IMG/VR virus record: IMGVR_UViG_3300042691_054280
DNA: 64,000 nucleotides
Source of the DNA: an uncultured virus (IMG/VR IMGVR_UViG_3300042691_054280)
Taxonomy: Duplodnaviria; Heunggongvirae; Uroviricota; Caudoviricetes; Crassvirales
Strand: one strand, 5' to 3'
Part shown: piece after piece, positions 9,772 to 20,300 of the stretch
Layout of the letters: each line of letters opens with the position of its first letter
Numbering within the stretch: the first letter of the stretch is position 1
The notes under the pieces: generated by a model
Seen by the model: the letters and a program-made list of their open reading frames with translations, nothing else
The model's database searches: none
Told to the model about the DNA's origin: nothing
Position numbers and translations under genes: made by a program

Positions 9772-12700
9772 TTACTTCGATGCTCCGATAGGAAGTTCGA
9801 ACCATTTTGCAGCGTCTTCAGGAGTCCTGGATTTTTCGATACCATTGACAATTGGAAGAAGCTTCTCAAGCTTGGCCAGAAATTTACTGTCTCCTTTCTC
9901 GTGAGTGCCTGATGCACGTTGATAGTACAGTCCGGAATCGTCTCCGGTTACAAGTGCCGGCACCTGTTCGTACATGATGTGGTGCACAAGATCCGCGGTA
10001 GCTTGTATAGGTCTTACTGCAGCTGACGGGGACACTGCCATTCGAAGAAATTCCATCGGCTTGATAAATTGCGTCAATTCAGTCTGCATTCGAAGGGCCT
10101 GGTAAAGCACGAAGTTTTCTGCATAACTCAATTCTTCATCTTCGTCATCACCGGTAAGTGCCATTATGATAACTGCACATGTCAGGTAAAAAGAAGCTTG
10201 TACACTGAGACGTTTTACATTCTGCTTCTCCATGTCTGTCATCATGTTGTATACAGAGATGAAATTGCCACTTTTTTTATAGCTCTCTTTCATGAGCCGG
10301 CCAAAGGTGTGAAGCAAGCCTTCATTCAACGTGCCGAGTTCGAGATCTCTGTGTATCCCGGCCCCCATTCCATGTCCATGTCCCCAGTACTTTCGAAGCG
10401 TAGGTTGAAAGTATCTCCGAAACAGAAGCATCAACTTTCCATACCAACGTCTTTGCAGTACAGCATTGTCAAATTTCTGCTTTACCTGGTTGGTTTTCTT
10501 TGTCAGTCCGGATATCCGGTCTCGAATCTGAATTCGAATAGCTTTAGCGTTGGCCACTTTGTCCGAAATTTTGAATCGACCAGTCTTTTCATCTTTCTCG
10601 AAAACATCCCATACACTGGCCGGCTGACCTTTTTCATTCATGATCACTTTACCGTCAGCGGCTTTCAGTTTTCCAGTGTACGAATGCAGGATTGCAAGCA
10701 TTCGAGTTACTGATGTTTCGTTTTCTACTACAGCCTGCAAAGACATTGGGATTTTGCCGGCAAGTTTGAGTGCTCTGGGACCAGTCTTTTTTTCCATACT
10801 GACTCCTAACACTTCTCCAAGAGCATCGAAGTACTCAACAGCTTGTCCAAGCTTCGAGTTCGGAAAAAATGCACCAAGATCTTTCACCTGTGACATTCCT
10901 GAAAGACCTAAGTGGTATTCAGATTTGGCCCAAGCAAGGTCCTTGTTACTGAAATACTGACTTGACACAGACTCTTCTAAAAGACGAACGTTGTCAAGTA
11001 ATAATTGGTTTGTTGTCTGCAGTGTGTTAAAAGCCAGGTTGTTCATGGCTGTGTACCCTGCAACTTTTCCAGCAAGCTTGTTACCTTCCCATTGCTTCCC
11101 GAGAAACTCAAAGTTAGATCGGATATCCTGCTCGTTAAAGAACATGGAATCTATCCATTCAGATAAATGTTTGAAGTTGTAACTTGCATCTAGCTTAGTC
11201 TGATGTTTTACTCCTGCAATTTTTTCTGAGAGCCTGTAAGCAATTGGATTGTTGGCAGTATTTACTTCAAGAGTTTCTCGCTTTTCAATAATATCTCTCA
11301 TCAGCATTACAGATCCGTGAATTTCGGACTTGTGCTTATAGAGATTGGCCATTCCGGAGAACATTACTACTGAAGTAGCAATGTCCCTGGAAACTTCTTT
11401 AGAGCTCATAGGCTGCGTAAAGAACACCGGTACTTGCTTGTGCCTTGCTTCCCGGTTAATGTTGATCACATCTCCATAGTTTACGTCAGAAGCAAGAAAC
11501 TGTGTAGCTTCTCGAGCCTGAAGCTTTGCAGTGGAAATAGCGCCTTTGCTTTGTACTTGCTCAATTGCGCCAGTCAAAATGCTGGGAACCACATAGGAGA
11601 ATTCATCCCAGCTGTTTTTGACCATTCGGTTTTTACCAATGATTTTCTGAGAAGCTTTGTACTGATCAAGTAATGTATTGTAGTATGCAAACGCTGCCGG
11701 ATTGTTTTTGAGAGCTTCGTACTTTGGATTGAGGTATTTGTCGTTTGGTCGAACTGCCCAACTCTTGAATTGTTTGCCGGAAGGAGAGTAGATTTTAGAG
11801 ATCATGGAATTGACCTCTTGCAACTCTTGGGTGTAATATGATGCCGCCTCTGGGCTATTGCCCGGCTTACGAAGTTGCTCTTTTATATGCTCTACTTTAC
11901 GAAGCAACTTTTGCAATTGCTCTTTTGCATGCTCAGTAGGCTCACTGTTCTCTTTGTACCAAGCTGCAACATCGGCATAGTAGAATCGTACTGCAGTCTT
12001 ATTCTTCAGCCACTCTTCCATTCCCTCTCTGTCTTCAGGCTTTTTCCATTTAGCGGCAAGAGCTTTGTACATGTCACTTTCAGCCTTCTTGTATTTGTCC
12101 ACATCGTATGGCTGGACAAATGTGACCATTTCGATTTCATCGTATTCTTCAGTGCCGTAATTTTTTATCCGGTAGGTTTTTGTTTCCAGAATGTCTTCAT
12201 TGAACTTTTCTGGGTTGACGTCCATACCTTTTACTTCTGAAAACTTTCGATAGGCCTCACCAACAGCATGAATGGTTTCCTGAGTGTCATCGTTTGCCTC
12301 GTAGAATTTTGTTTTTACGAGTTTGGTGAAAAGTTGCAAACCGGCTTGCGATGAATAAATCAAAGGATCCATCAGGTAACTGTACCGGGACTTATCCTTT
12401 TGAGCCTCTCGTAATTCGTTTATGAGCGTGGCCCGACCAATACGTTTGTTTTCTAGTTGCTGTATGTTGAGTTCGATTTTCAGATCGAATGCTTCTTCAT
12501 CTGTAATCTTTTTTTCTTTCCGGGCTTTCTCAATTGCAATGAATTCATCGTCTTTCTCGATTGCAATCAATCGTCGGTTCTTCTTGATGTTGTCTTGCAG
12601 CTCTTTTATCTGATCGTTGATTTCCGGGGTATGATATTCCAGAATCAAATCTACAATCAGGGGTATGGCAGATTTTACATACTTGTTGTGCACTTGTTGC

Positions 12701-14358
12701 ATACCATCGATCGAATAGACCAATCGATTTTCAAGTGTATTTACAGCCTCAAGCTCTTCAGCACTGGCAGGAGTTTGATTTCTACCCATAGCTGCTTTCT
12801 TTTCAGCGACCAGATTTCGAATCTTGGTCATAATGCTTTTCTCCGGATCCATTCCCCCATAAAAGTCAGAGATGTATCCACTGATTGTGTGCAGCTGTGT
12901 AATAAGCTCAAGTCTTTCCTCCTCGCTGATGTTTGGTTTTTCATCATTTGGTGTGTCAAGTGGATATACCTGTTCAACACGTTCCAGTCGGTTCTTTGAA
13001 GCCTCAAGAAGTTTGGAGCTGTACTCCACAAATTCAGAAAGGTGCATGACGTCTTTTACAGTCGCCAACTTTGTTTTCATAATATTGAGAGCGTCCGATA
13101 CTTTTTCATTGCCCTCAGTTCTTTCGAGTTTCATAATTGCACCATTGAGTGCAAACTCAACGTCTTTTACTACACTCTGCAGATTAGATTCATTTCCAGC
13201 ACCGCGGCTGTCTGCGGCCAGGCTTTCAAGTGATCCATAAAACTCTGATCGATTGAAGCGTCCCTGCAAAAGCTTTTTGGTCAATGCCTCTACGGCCGAC
13301 TCTTTTGTAGGAATTCCAAGTGCTTCGGACAGTGCACGGACAATTCGATTGAAAATGCGTTGAAACAGATTCGGATTTTTACGATTCAGTCTGGCACCTG
13401 ACAATCCCATGGCAGTAACAACTACCTCTTTGTCCAATCCTTCTCCGGACAATTCCGGATAAGCTTTTTGTACTTGTCTGTACAGTTCAGTACCACGGAG
13501 TTCAGAGATTGCTGCAGCTACAGCAGGATGTGACACACTTAAAAGCTCTACCAGAATGTGTGCAGGCTCGTGAATGTGAGTGTCATCCTGCATTTTGAGT
13601 GGATTCAGTCGAATGACTGCTCCGGTAGCAGACGTAGCTTCAACCCGGCCAAGCACAGGAAGCTCCGGATCGACGATGATCTGAACTTCAATTCCCTGCT
13701 CAGCAAATGCGTTCTGCATGAAAGCAATCTGTCCTGCTACATCTTCTGGAAACTCGGTAGAAGTAGTAGCAACAGATTTTTCAGTATCAAAACTATCTAC
13801 TTGATTGCCTACAAATCGCTGTACAATCTGCCCCTCTCTCAGCGCTGCCGGGGCTTTAGCCTTTGCTGCAGCATCGATGTATCTGCGATCGTATCGTGTC
13901 TTTGTATCGTTAATGACTTCTATGGCTGCAGGTCCTACTTGAGCAGGTGTCAGAATTGACATTACTTGCCCGGAAAGACTTTCCAGTACAGACTCATTTA
14001 CGTATACATGGAACCCATGGCTTGCTATAAGTCCATTTGCACTACGGATATAGGGTACATCTGCAATGTTGGACATTTTACCCACAAAACCCTTTAAGGT
14101 AATAAGAGGCTTTTGAACATTATAGTTCGTGGTGATCAAAGCATTGACTGTTGCAACAGCGTGCACTGTCTCGAGCTTATCAAGAACTTGTCCTTTTGGA
14201 GTAACCAGCGCTGCGTCTACGAGAGGTTTGAGCACCTCTTTAGCTGTAGGAATTTGCCGTGCATTAACTGCATCTACCACAGCAGACATCATCCTGCTGA
14301 CAATTGGATTTTCTTTCAGCTGACCGTTAGGGTCCAGATACTTAATTGAGCATGCCAT
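9772..14358 (-). CDS. giant virion cargo protein with zincin-like HExxH motif
   Basis: 1528 aa; HIHEPAH plus downstream acidic residues; C-terminal hydrophobic segment; last gene of the cargo cluster. Confidence 0.75.
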   Translation of the reverse strand: MACSIKYLDPNGQLKENPIVSRMMSAVVDAVNARQIPTAKEVLKPLVDAALVTPKGQVLDKLETVHAVATVNALITTNYNVQKPLITLKGFVGKMSNIADVPYIRSANGLIASHGFHVYVNESVLESLSGQVMSILTPAQVGPAAIEVINDTKTRYDRRYIDAAAKAKAPAALREGQIVQRFVGNQVDSFDTEKSVATTSTEFPEDVAGQIAFMQNAFAEQGIEVQIIVDPELPVLGRVEATSATGAVIRLNPLKMQDDTHIHEPAHILVELLSVSHPAVAAAISELRGTELYRQVQKAYPELSGEGLDKEVVVTAMGLSGARLNRKNPNLFQRIFNRIVRALSEALGIPTKESAVEALTKKLLQGRFNRSEFYGSLESLAADSRGAGNESNLQSVVKDVEFALNGAIMKLERTEGNEKVSDALNIMKTKLATVKDVMHLSEFVEYSSKLLEASKNRLERVEQVYPLDTPNDEKPNISEEERLELITQLHTISGYISDFYGGMDPEKSIMTKIRNLVAEKKAAMGRNQTPASAEELEAVNTLENRLVYSIDGMQQVHNKYVKSAIPLIVDLILEYHTPEINDQIKELQDNIKKNRRLIAIEKDDEFIAIEKARKEKKITDEEAFDLKIELNIQQLENKRIGRATLINELREAQKDKSRYSYLMDPLIYSSQAGLQLFTKLVKTKFYEANDDTQETIHAVGEAYRKFSEVKGMDVNPEKFNEDILETKTYRIKNYGTEEYDEIEMVTFVQPYDVDKYKKAESDMYKALAAKWKKPEDREGMEEWLKNKTAVRFYYADVAAWYKENSEPTEHAKEQLQKLLRKVEHIKEQLRKPGNSPEAASYYTQELQEVNSMISKIYSPSGKQFKSWAVRPNDKYLNPKYEALKNNPAAFAYYNTLLDQYKASQKIIGKNRMVKNSWDEFSYVVPSILTGAIEQVQSKGAISTAKLQAREATQFLASDVNYGDVININREARHKQVPVFFTQPMSSKEVSRDIATSVVMFSGMANLYKHKSEIHGSVMLMRDIIEKRETLEVNTANNPIAYRLSEKIAGVKHQTKLDASYNFKHLSEWIDSMFFNEQDIRSNFEFLGKQWEGNKLAGKVAGYTAMNNLAFNTLQTTNQLLLDNVRLLEESVSSQYFSNKDLAWAKSEYHLGLSGMSQVKDLGAFFPNSKLGQAVEYFDALGEVLGVSMEKKTGPRALKLAGKIPMSLQAVVENETSVTRMLAILHSYTGKLKAADGKVIMNEKGQPASVWDVFEKDEKTGRFKISDKVANAKAIRIQIRDRISGLTKKTNQVKQKFDNAVLQRRWYGKLMLLFRRYFQPTLRKYWGHGHGMGAGIHRDLELGTLNEGLLHTFGRLMKESYKKSGNFISVYNMMTDMEKQNVKRLSVQASFYLTCAVIIMALTGDDEDEELSYAENFVLYQALRMQTELTQFIKPMEFLRMAVSPSAAVRPIQATADLVHHIMYEQVPALVTGDDSGLYYQRASGTHEKGDSKFLAKLEKLLPIVNGIEKSRTPEDAAKWFELPIGASK

Positions 14359-14362
14359 GAGA

Positions 14363-14370
14363 CAAAGGTA
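14363..14370 (-). promoter_or_regulatory. Bacteroidota sigma-A -7 box (TACCTTTG), 4 nt before ATG
   Basis: Minus strand reads TACCTTTG-TCTC-ATG. Confidence 0.7.
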
Positions 14371-14385
14371 GAGGTTCGGTAAAGG

Positions 14386-17300
14386 TTATTTGCAGCCTGA
14401 GATAGGAAGATTTTTGATGTACCTGGGCTTCAGAGAATTTTGAATCATGTCCTGAACCATAGTTACGTGGTAACTTCTTTCAGCTCGAGGTTCTGCTGTG
14501 ATAGCTGGTACTGCATAGATAGCTTTTCCGGTAAAGTAGCTCTGCACAGGTAAGTACAGATTTCTACCATCTTTTCCAGAAGGGCCTTTAATGAAGATTC
14601 CCCACTTTTTGGTCTTACGATTTGTGACCATAATTACAGGTTCGTAATTTGAAAGTAGCAGCTCAGTTGTAGCTTCAGGACTGTACACTTTGCTGTTTGC
14701 CCGGCTCAGTAGTGGGCGCCCAGCAGCTTTCATAGGACCAAACATCTGCATGAAAGTAAGCAAATCTTCTGAAGTAAAGAAGTTTTCGTCCTGCATCTGA
14801 GAAGCCATATTATGTAAGTACTCCGAGATGCTAATCTGGCTTCCATCGTCAAGTGTCTGTTTGATGTGGAAGAACTCAGGTGGAATCAAATCTGTAAAAG
14901 ATGATGGACTTTTACGAAATGCATTCGTAAGAAAGTTATGCATTACAAGTGCAATTCCAAGCCGCTTTATTTCTCTGGTCGCTTTTTCCACTTCCGGATT
15001 GTCAAACTTACCATTGGTCATAGTTTTCATTGAATCCGGCATGTTTACATACAACTTTGGATTGAAAAGAAGTGTGGTGATTGCTGCAGTGTAAGCATCT
15101 TTTTCTGGACGAGACATGCCTTCTACAGAATTGAACTTTACACTGTAAAGGCTATTGCTTGGATCTACCACTTGTTCAAAGTTGCTGATGAACTTGTTAC
15201 CTTTCAACAATGGATACGTAGCTTTCATGGTAGCCATGTACGTTCCCAAGTTACTTTTTGAATCAGTGTACATTTCAATTGCATACTGCTCATTTGTGTA
15301 TCGGTAGAATGGAGAGTCCGGACGAATCATCAGAAGAAATACAATGTTGCTATCGATGAGCTCATGCATTTCCGGAGTAAGCTCTGTTTTGCCGGCCAGC
15401 TCCATAATGCGACTTTTAAACATGCCAAATGCAGGACTTGTCCTCATTGGGAAATAGTATGAAGCTACTTCCATTGCTTTGGACATGAGTTTTTCGTAAC
15501 CACGTTCAAGGCCAAATACAGAATTTTCACCAATAAACTGGCTCACTACATTCTCTGCCGGATTGTTTGTAGTAAACATGGCCAACTGTTTTACAGTGCC
15601 ATCTTCATTCAGCAGACTTGTAAATTGCCGGTCCCTGTCAGCGTACGATTGAATATTGCTGATCCGGTTCAATCCGTCCATGGAGTCGGGAGTGATCCGT
15701 TTGTATAGATTCAAAAGCTGTCGGCCGGCCCGGTAGAAAGCGTAGAAGTTATTGAGCATGTTGAGTTGCTCCATGGTATTTCTAGCTGCCAGATCCTGTC
15801 CAAGATTTTCAAGTTCTCCAGGCTTCATTGAAACCGATTTTTTACCATCCAGGTTTGCAGCTTCTGCACGATGAGTGTCTTTAGCAATCATGCCTTTTGC
15901 GGCATTGAAAGCTTTTGTGATGTGTCTCAGATCACCACCATACTTCTCTTCAATAATTTTGACCATCAACCTCACGGCTGGCTGATTGAGCAGATTGGTA
16001 CAAGTTTCAGAACCGTACTCATCGTGATAAGCAATAAACAATGCTCTTACTGGCACAGTAATCAAATTGTCATTGAGCTCGAGTTGGAGAGGCTCTTTAC
16101 CAGCGTCAACTGCAGCTGAAAGAAAGAGTGAGCCTACTTTATCTGTTGGAATTCCTTCTTTCGTATGCTCACGGTAGGTTTTATACGTGGTTGTACTACC
16201 GTCTGGCTGCTCGATTTTTATGGCGTAATCTTCGTTGAGATTTACTACACCGTGAATAGCTACGTTTCGGCCGGCAATAATGTTGGCATATACACCACGA
16301 AGCTTATTACCTGCCTGGTTCCGAAGCATAATGTTTGTTTCAGTAGCAGGATCGTTCCAGTCGAGCGCTGTATTGAATTCCGGAATAGCTTTTCGAACAC
16401 GTTCTACTTCCGACCGAAGTGTGACATCATCAAGTGGAGACAGAGCTTCTACAAAGTGTGCCTGGTTTACAAGCACTGCTTCCATTGTATCAAGAATAAC
16501 GTTGTTCAGCTCTGCAGTGCTCAGACTTGAGACTTTAAGCTGACCATTAATCAAAGCTGGATAGTTTGGAACTACTTTTTTGAGGTTGTCATTTTCATCT
16601 GTTTCCACTTCTGGAAACATGAGAAAGAGTTTATCCACGTCAAAGTCAGATCCCATCAACTTAATCAGCTGTCCGGGAACTACAATTGCTTTGGCATAAT
16701 TGGCAGGCAGAATTCGTTTTACAACTAAAGCAACAGAAGAAGCTTTATCCTGGTTTGGAATACGATATCCGATAATTCGACGCAGCTCTTCAGGAACTTC
16801 ATCGAGATTTTGTCCTGGCTGAATGCCAAATTTTCTTGCTACATCTTCTCGAATCTCTACTTCTGCGTGCAGCAGTCTTTTTCCTTTTACGTCGACCCGG
16901 TAGAATTGCAATTCATTGCTCGTAGCATGTCCTCCAATCTGAGCTACCTGCACGGCTTCAAAGCCTTTTACGTTTTGCTTGAACACTTCGTTTTGCAGTA
17001 TGGCCATTATGATGGACTCGTACTTCTTTGCATAGACCGGAAGGTCTAATGGCATAGCAAAACGAAGCTTGCCGGTTTCATCTACTTCAAAGTTTAGTGC
17101 TTGCAAGTACCCGGCTGAAAGATCGCTGTCGTAAATGTTTTGCTCGAGAATCTGACGAATTGTCTTTAGAATTTCATTCTGAGCTTTTTTCAAGTCCTCT
17201 GCTGTGTAAACAGATCCTTCCTTTTTAAGCTGTTCGAGATAGTCAAGCTTCAGACGTTTTTCAACACCCTTGATGTCTTTATCAATTTTAGCTTCAATTG

Positions 17301-20300
17301 CTGCATGGTAAAGTCTTTTGAGATCTGCTCCAGATATCTGAGTTGAAAACCCCAGTCCTGGGTTGTACTCATATACAGTTCCATCTTGAACATTTGAGAC
17401 CATGTTCTTTTTGATCTGTCTGTTCAGTGTAACTTTTGGAGAGCCCTTCATTTCCGGAATTGACTGGGGCTTTCGAAGGCCCCGGGCAGAGTTGATGTTA
17501 AGTTGAAGGGTGTCAAGCTTACCAAGTTCTCCTGGAATTGTAGCAACGTTTTTCTTGGCCAGTTTTTTACCGGACACAAAGTTGGTCACATTGATTGGCT
17601 GCAACCCTGCGTAAACTCCGGTGGCTTCCATCCTGGACAGAAAGTCATTCATAGCCGGATAGTTTTTGGTGTAGCTACGGATAAGAACTGAATATGAGTT
17701 TTTTTCTGATACTACTGCAGCAGTATTCTTTACAAGCTGAAGTTTCTCGTAGTAGGTTTTGATTGGATAGAGCGGAATAGCATCTCCAGCTTTGTTTCCG
17801 GCCGGCGCTGCCCCTTCCTGGTACACAAATTCATCAGTCTCACCTTTCATGTAAGCTTGATAGGCTGGTTCATGAATTTTCATATCCCAATTACCTTCAC
17901 CCATCATCAATCCACGGTACATTGTAAGATTGATATAAGACATTGCATCCGTAGATTCGAACTCAGAAGCCTTGTACTTGTCAGAAATAGTCTTTGCTTT
18001 TTCCGCTGGAACCCCTGAAGCAATTAATCCAAGGCGCATATCTTCAGCTGCACGATTTACTCTTTCTTTTTGTGCAATGTTGTAGTCCAACTTTACATCT
18101 TTGAATGTGGCCTCAGTAAAGGTTGGCATCATTCCGTACGGATCAGTCGAATCTGCAAGCTCTCCTTGGATAGCGTATTTGGAGCCAGGAGTTGTAAGGT
18201 GCCCCATACGTTTGTAGAAGTCTACGAGATTTTTAGAAAGTGCCCGATTTCCTCGGAACAATTTTACTATCTCGTTTCTCATGATGGTCTCTTGCACAAC
18301 AAAAGCTTTGACGAGCTCTTCCTGTTTCAGGTTGGGTACTGAAGCAAAACTTACCCTGGATAAGTTTTGATCTTCCGGATTGCGCTTGAGCAGCTCCAGA
18401 ATTTCTGTTGCTTTCTGCTCGAAGTATTCATTCATTCCGGCAGCCATGTTTTTTAACATGGCATCGATCATTTCAGCTGATTTCTTGTCAAGCTTTCCTT
18501 TTGCGTAGTCCTCAATAACATCACTGAGACGCTTTCCGCCCATACTGTCTTTAGTGAGTTCAACATCAGTTACGATTTGTGCTCCGTTTTTATCCTTGGC
18601 AGTAAATTGAAGGAAATCGTTTTTGAAAGCGTTGCCTGTAAAGACGCTGTCTTTAATCAGTCGATTGACAATTTCTTCCTTCGAAGTGTTTTGGAAATCG
18701 ATTACCGAACCACTGTAGTGGTAATTATGCAGAAGGTTTGAGTAATCGTTTGTCTTGATTGCTTCTCTGACAGTACGTTTGGCTTCGGCAATCCGCAACA
18801 TGTCTTGTACGATTTGTGCAATTACAAGATCATCTTGACGGGTGTCTTGAAGCTTGAAGGCATTACCAAGAACGTTTGGTGTGGCAATAAACGAATACTT
18901 ACTACGATCTGATTGAATCGGTACAGCTATGTAAGAAATACCTTCTCTGAATCCATTGTTAATAAAACCATTTAATCGAATGATGTAAGAATCCAATGCA
19001 TTCATGTCTTCATACGTAGTTGCATCATCAGGCATTTCACCATCACGAAATCCGTCAAAATCACGTACTCCAAAATTGTCCATGAACTCCGGACTTTGAA
19101 GCATGTGTCGCAGCATGATTGATTGATATTTCGGAATGCCCAGGGCAGAAAAGAATGGGTCCGTTCTGTAAATATTCAGCAGTTCTTCATCTCTGCGCTT
19201 GATTCCTACAGCAATCTCTAGCATATGTGACTGCAGATTTGTAGGGTTAATTTGTTTTCCCTCTACGTTTACAAAGCTTTGTCCGGTAATTGCCATTACA
19301 GGAGAGAAGATTGAAGCCAGCTCAAGCATATGCCCTCTTTTCGAAGTGACGTAGTCCTGGCCACCAGCGGCTACGTTTTTCAATTCACCAAGTCGACTGA
19401 ACCGGCTTTCACCTTCAAACTTGCCGATCGATTTGATAATTGGGACCATCATCAAACCAAGTTGAACTATGGCATCAAATCCATCGTACACTCTTCGATT
19501 GTTTTTTGCATCGTACTGCACATAACCAGCATTGACAATTTTCTGAATACTCAGATAAGTATCGTTTGGAAGAATGTTGTCTCCAATGTACAGACCAAGA
19601 TCCCACATAATATCCCCAATCAATTTGGAGTATTCGTGCACCTGATCACCTTTCACGGCAGGCTTACCTGCCCGGGTGTCTACATTCAACACTCTTTTTT
19701 CAAGCTCTCGAAATTTCTCAATGATTTGTGTAAGCTTTTCTTTTCGAATACTTAGACTAAGCGTCTGCGTTTTGTCATCAAGAGTTCTTTCAGTGTAGAG
19801 AGAAGTTGAAGAAACGTCAGTTGCAGCAATCAAATCCTGACGCCATTTATTGATGGTGCGTTCTTCAATGCTTGTACGGTTTGGATTGAAAACGTCTACA
19901 TAGCTTTTTCCATTGGTTTCACGGCTACGCATGAATAAGAACTCAGTAGTGGCCAGGGCAAAGGCGTTGTAGATCATTGCCTGTTCTGGAGAAGACAGCT
20001 TATTCATGAAATCAAGAACCGGCTGCAATTCCGGACGATGCCTTACAGTATTTTCAAGTGCTGCAAGCATCTGTGCAAATGAAGCTTTTTCACTGAAGAT
20101 GTTTAGGAGACTTTTGTACACAAAGTCTTTATCCATGTAGGTATAGTCTCCTATAAAGTTCGGTGCCGTAGATTTGATAGTTGAAAGAAGCTGCTTTACT
20201 TTTCCTGTAAGCCTCTTTGCCGGAGAATCTTCGAGTGCTGATTTACCATAGATTTTTACCAGGGCCTCGTCAGTAGAATCCATGATTGTATCCAGTTCTT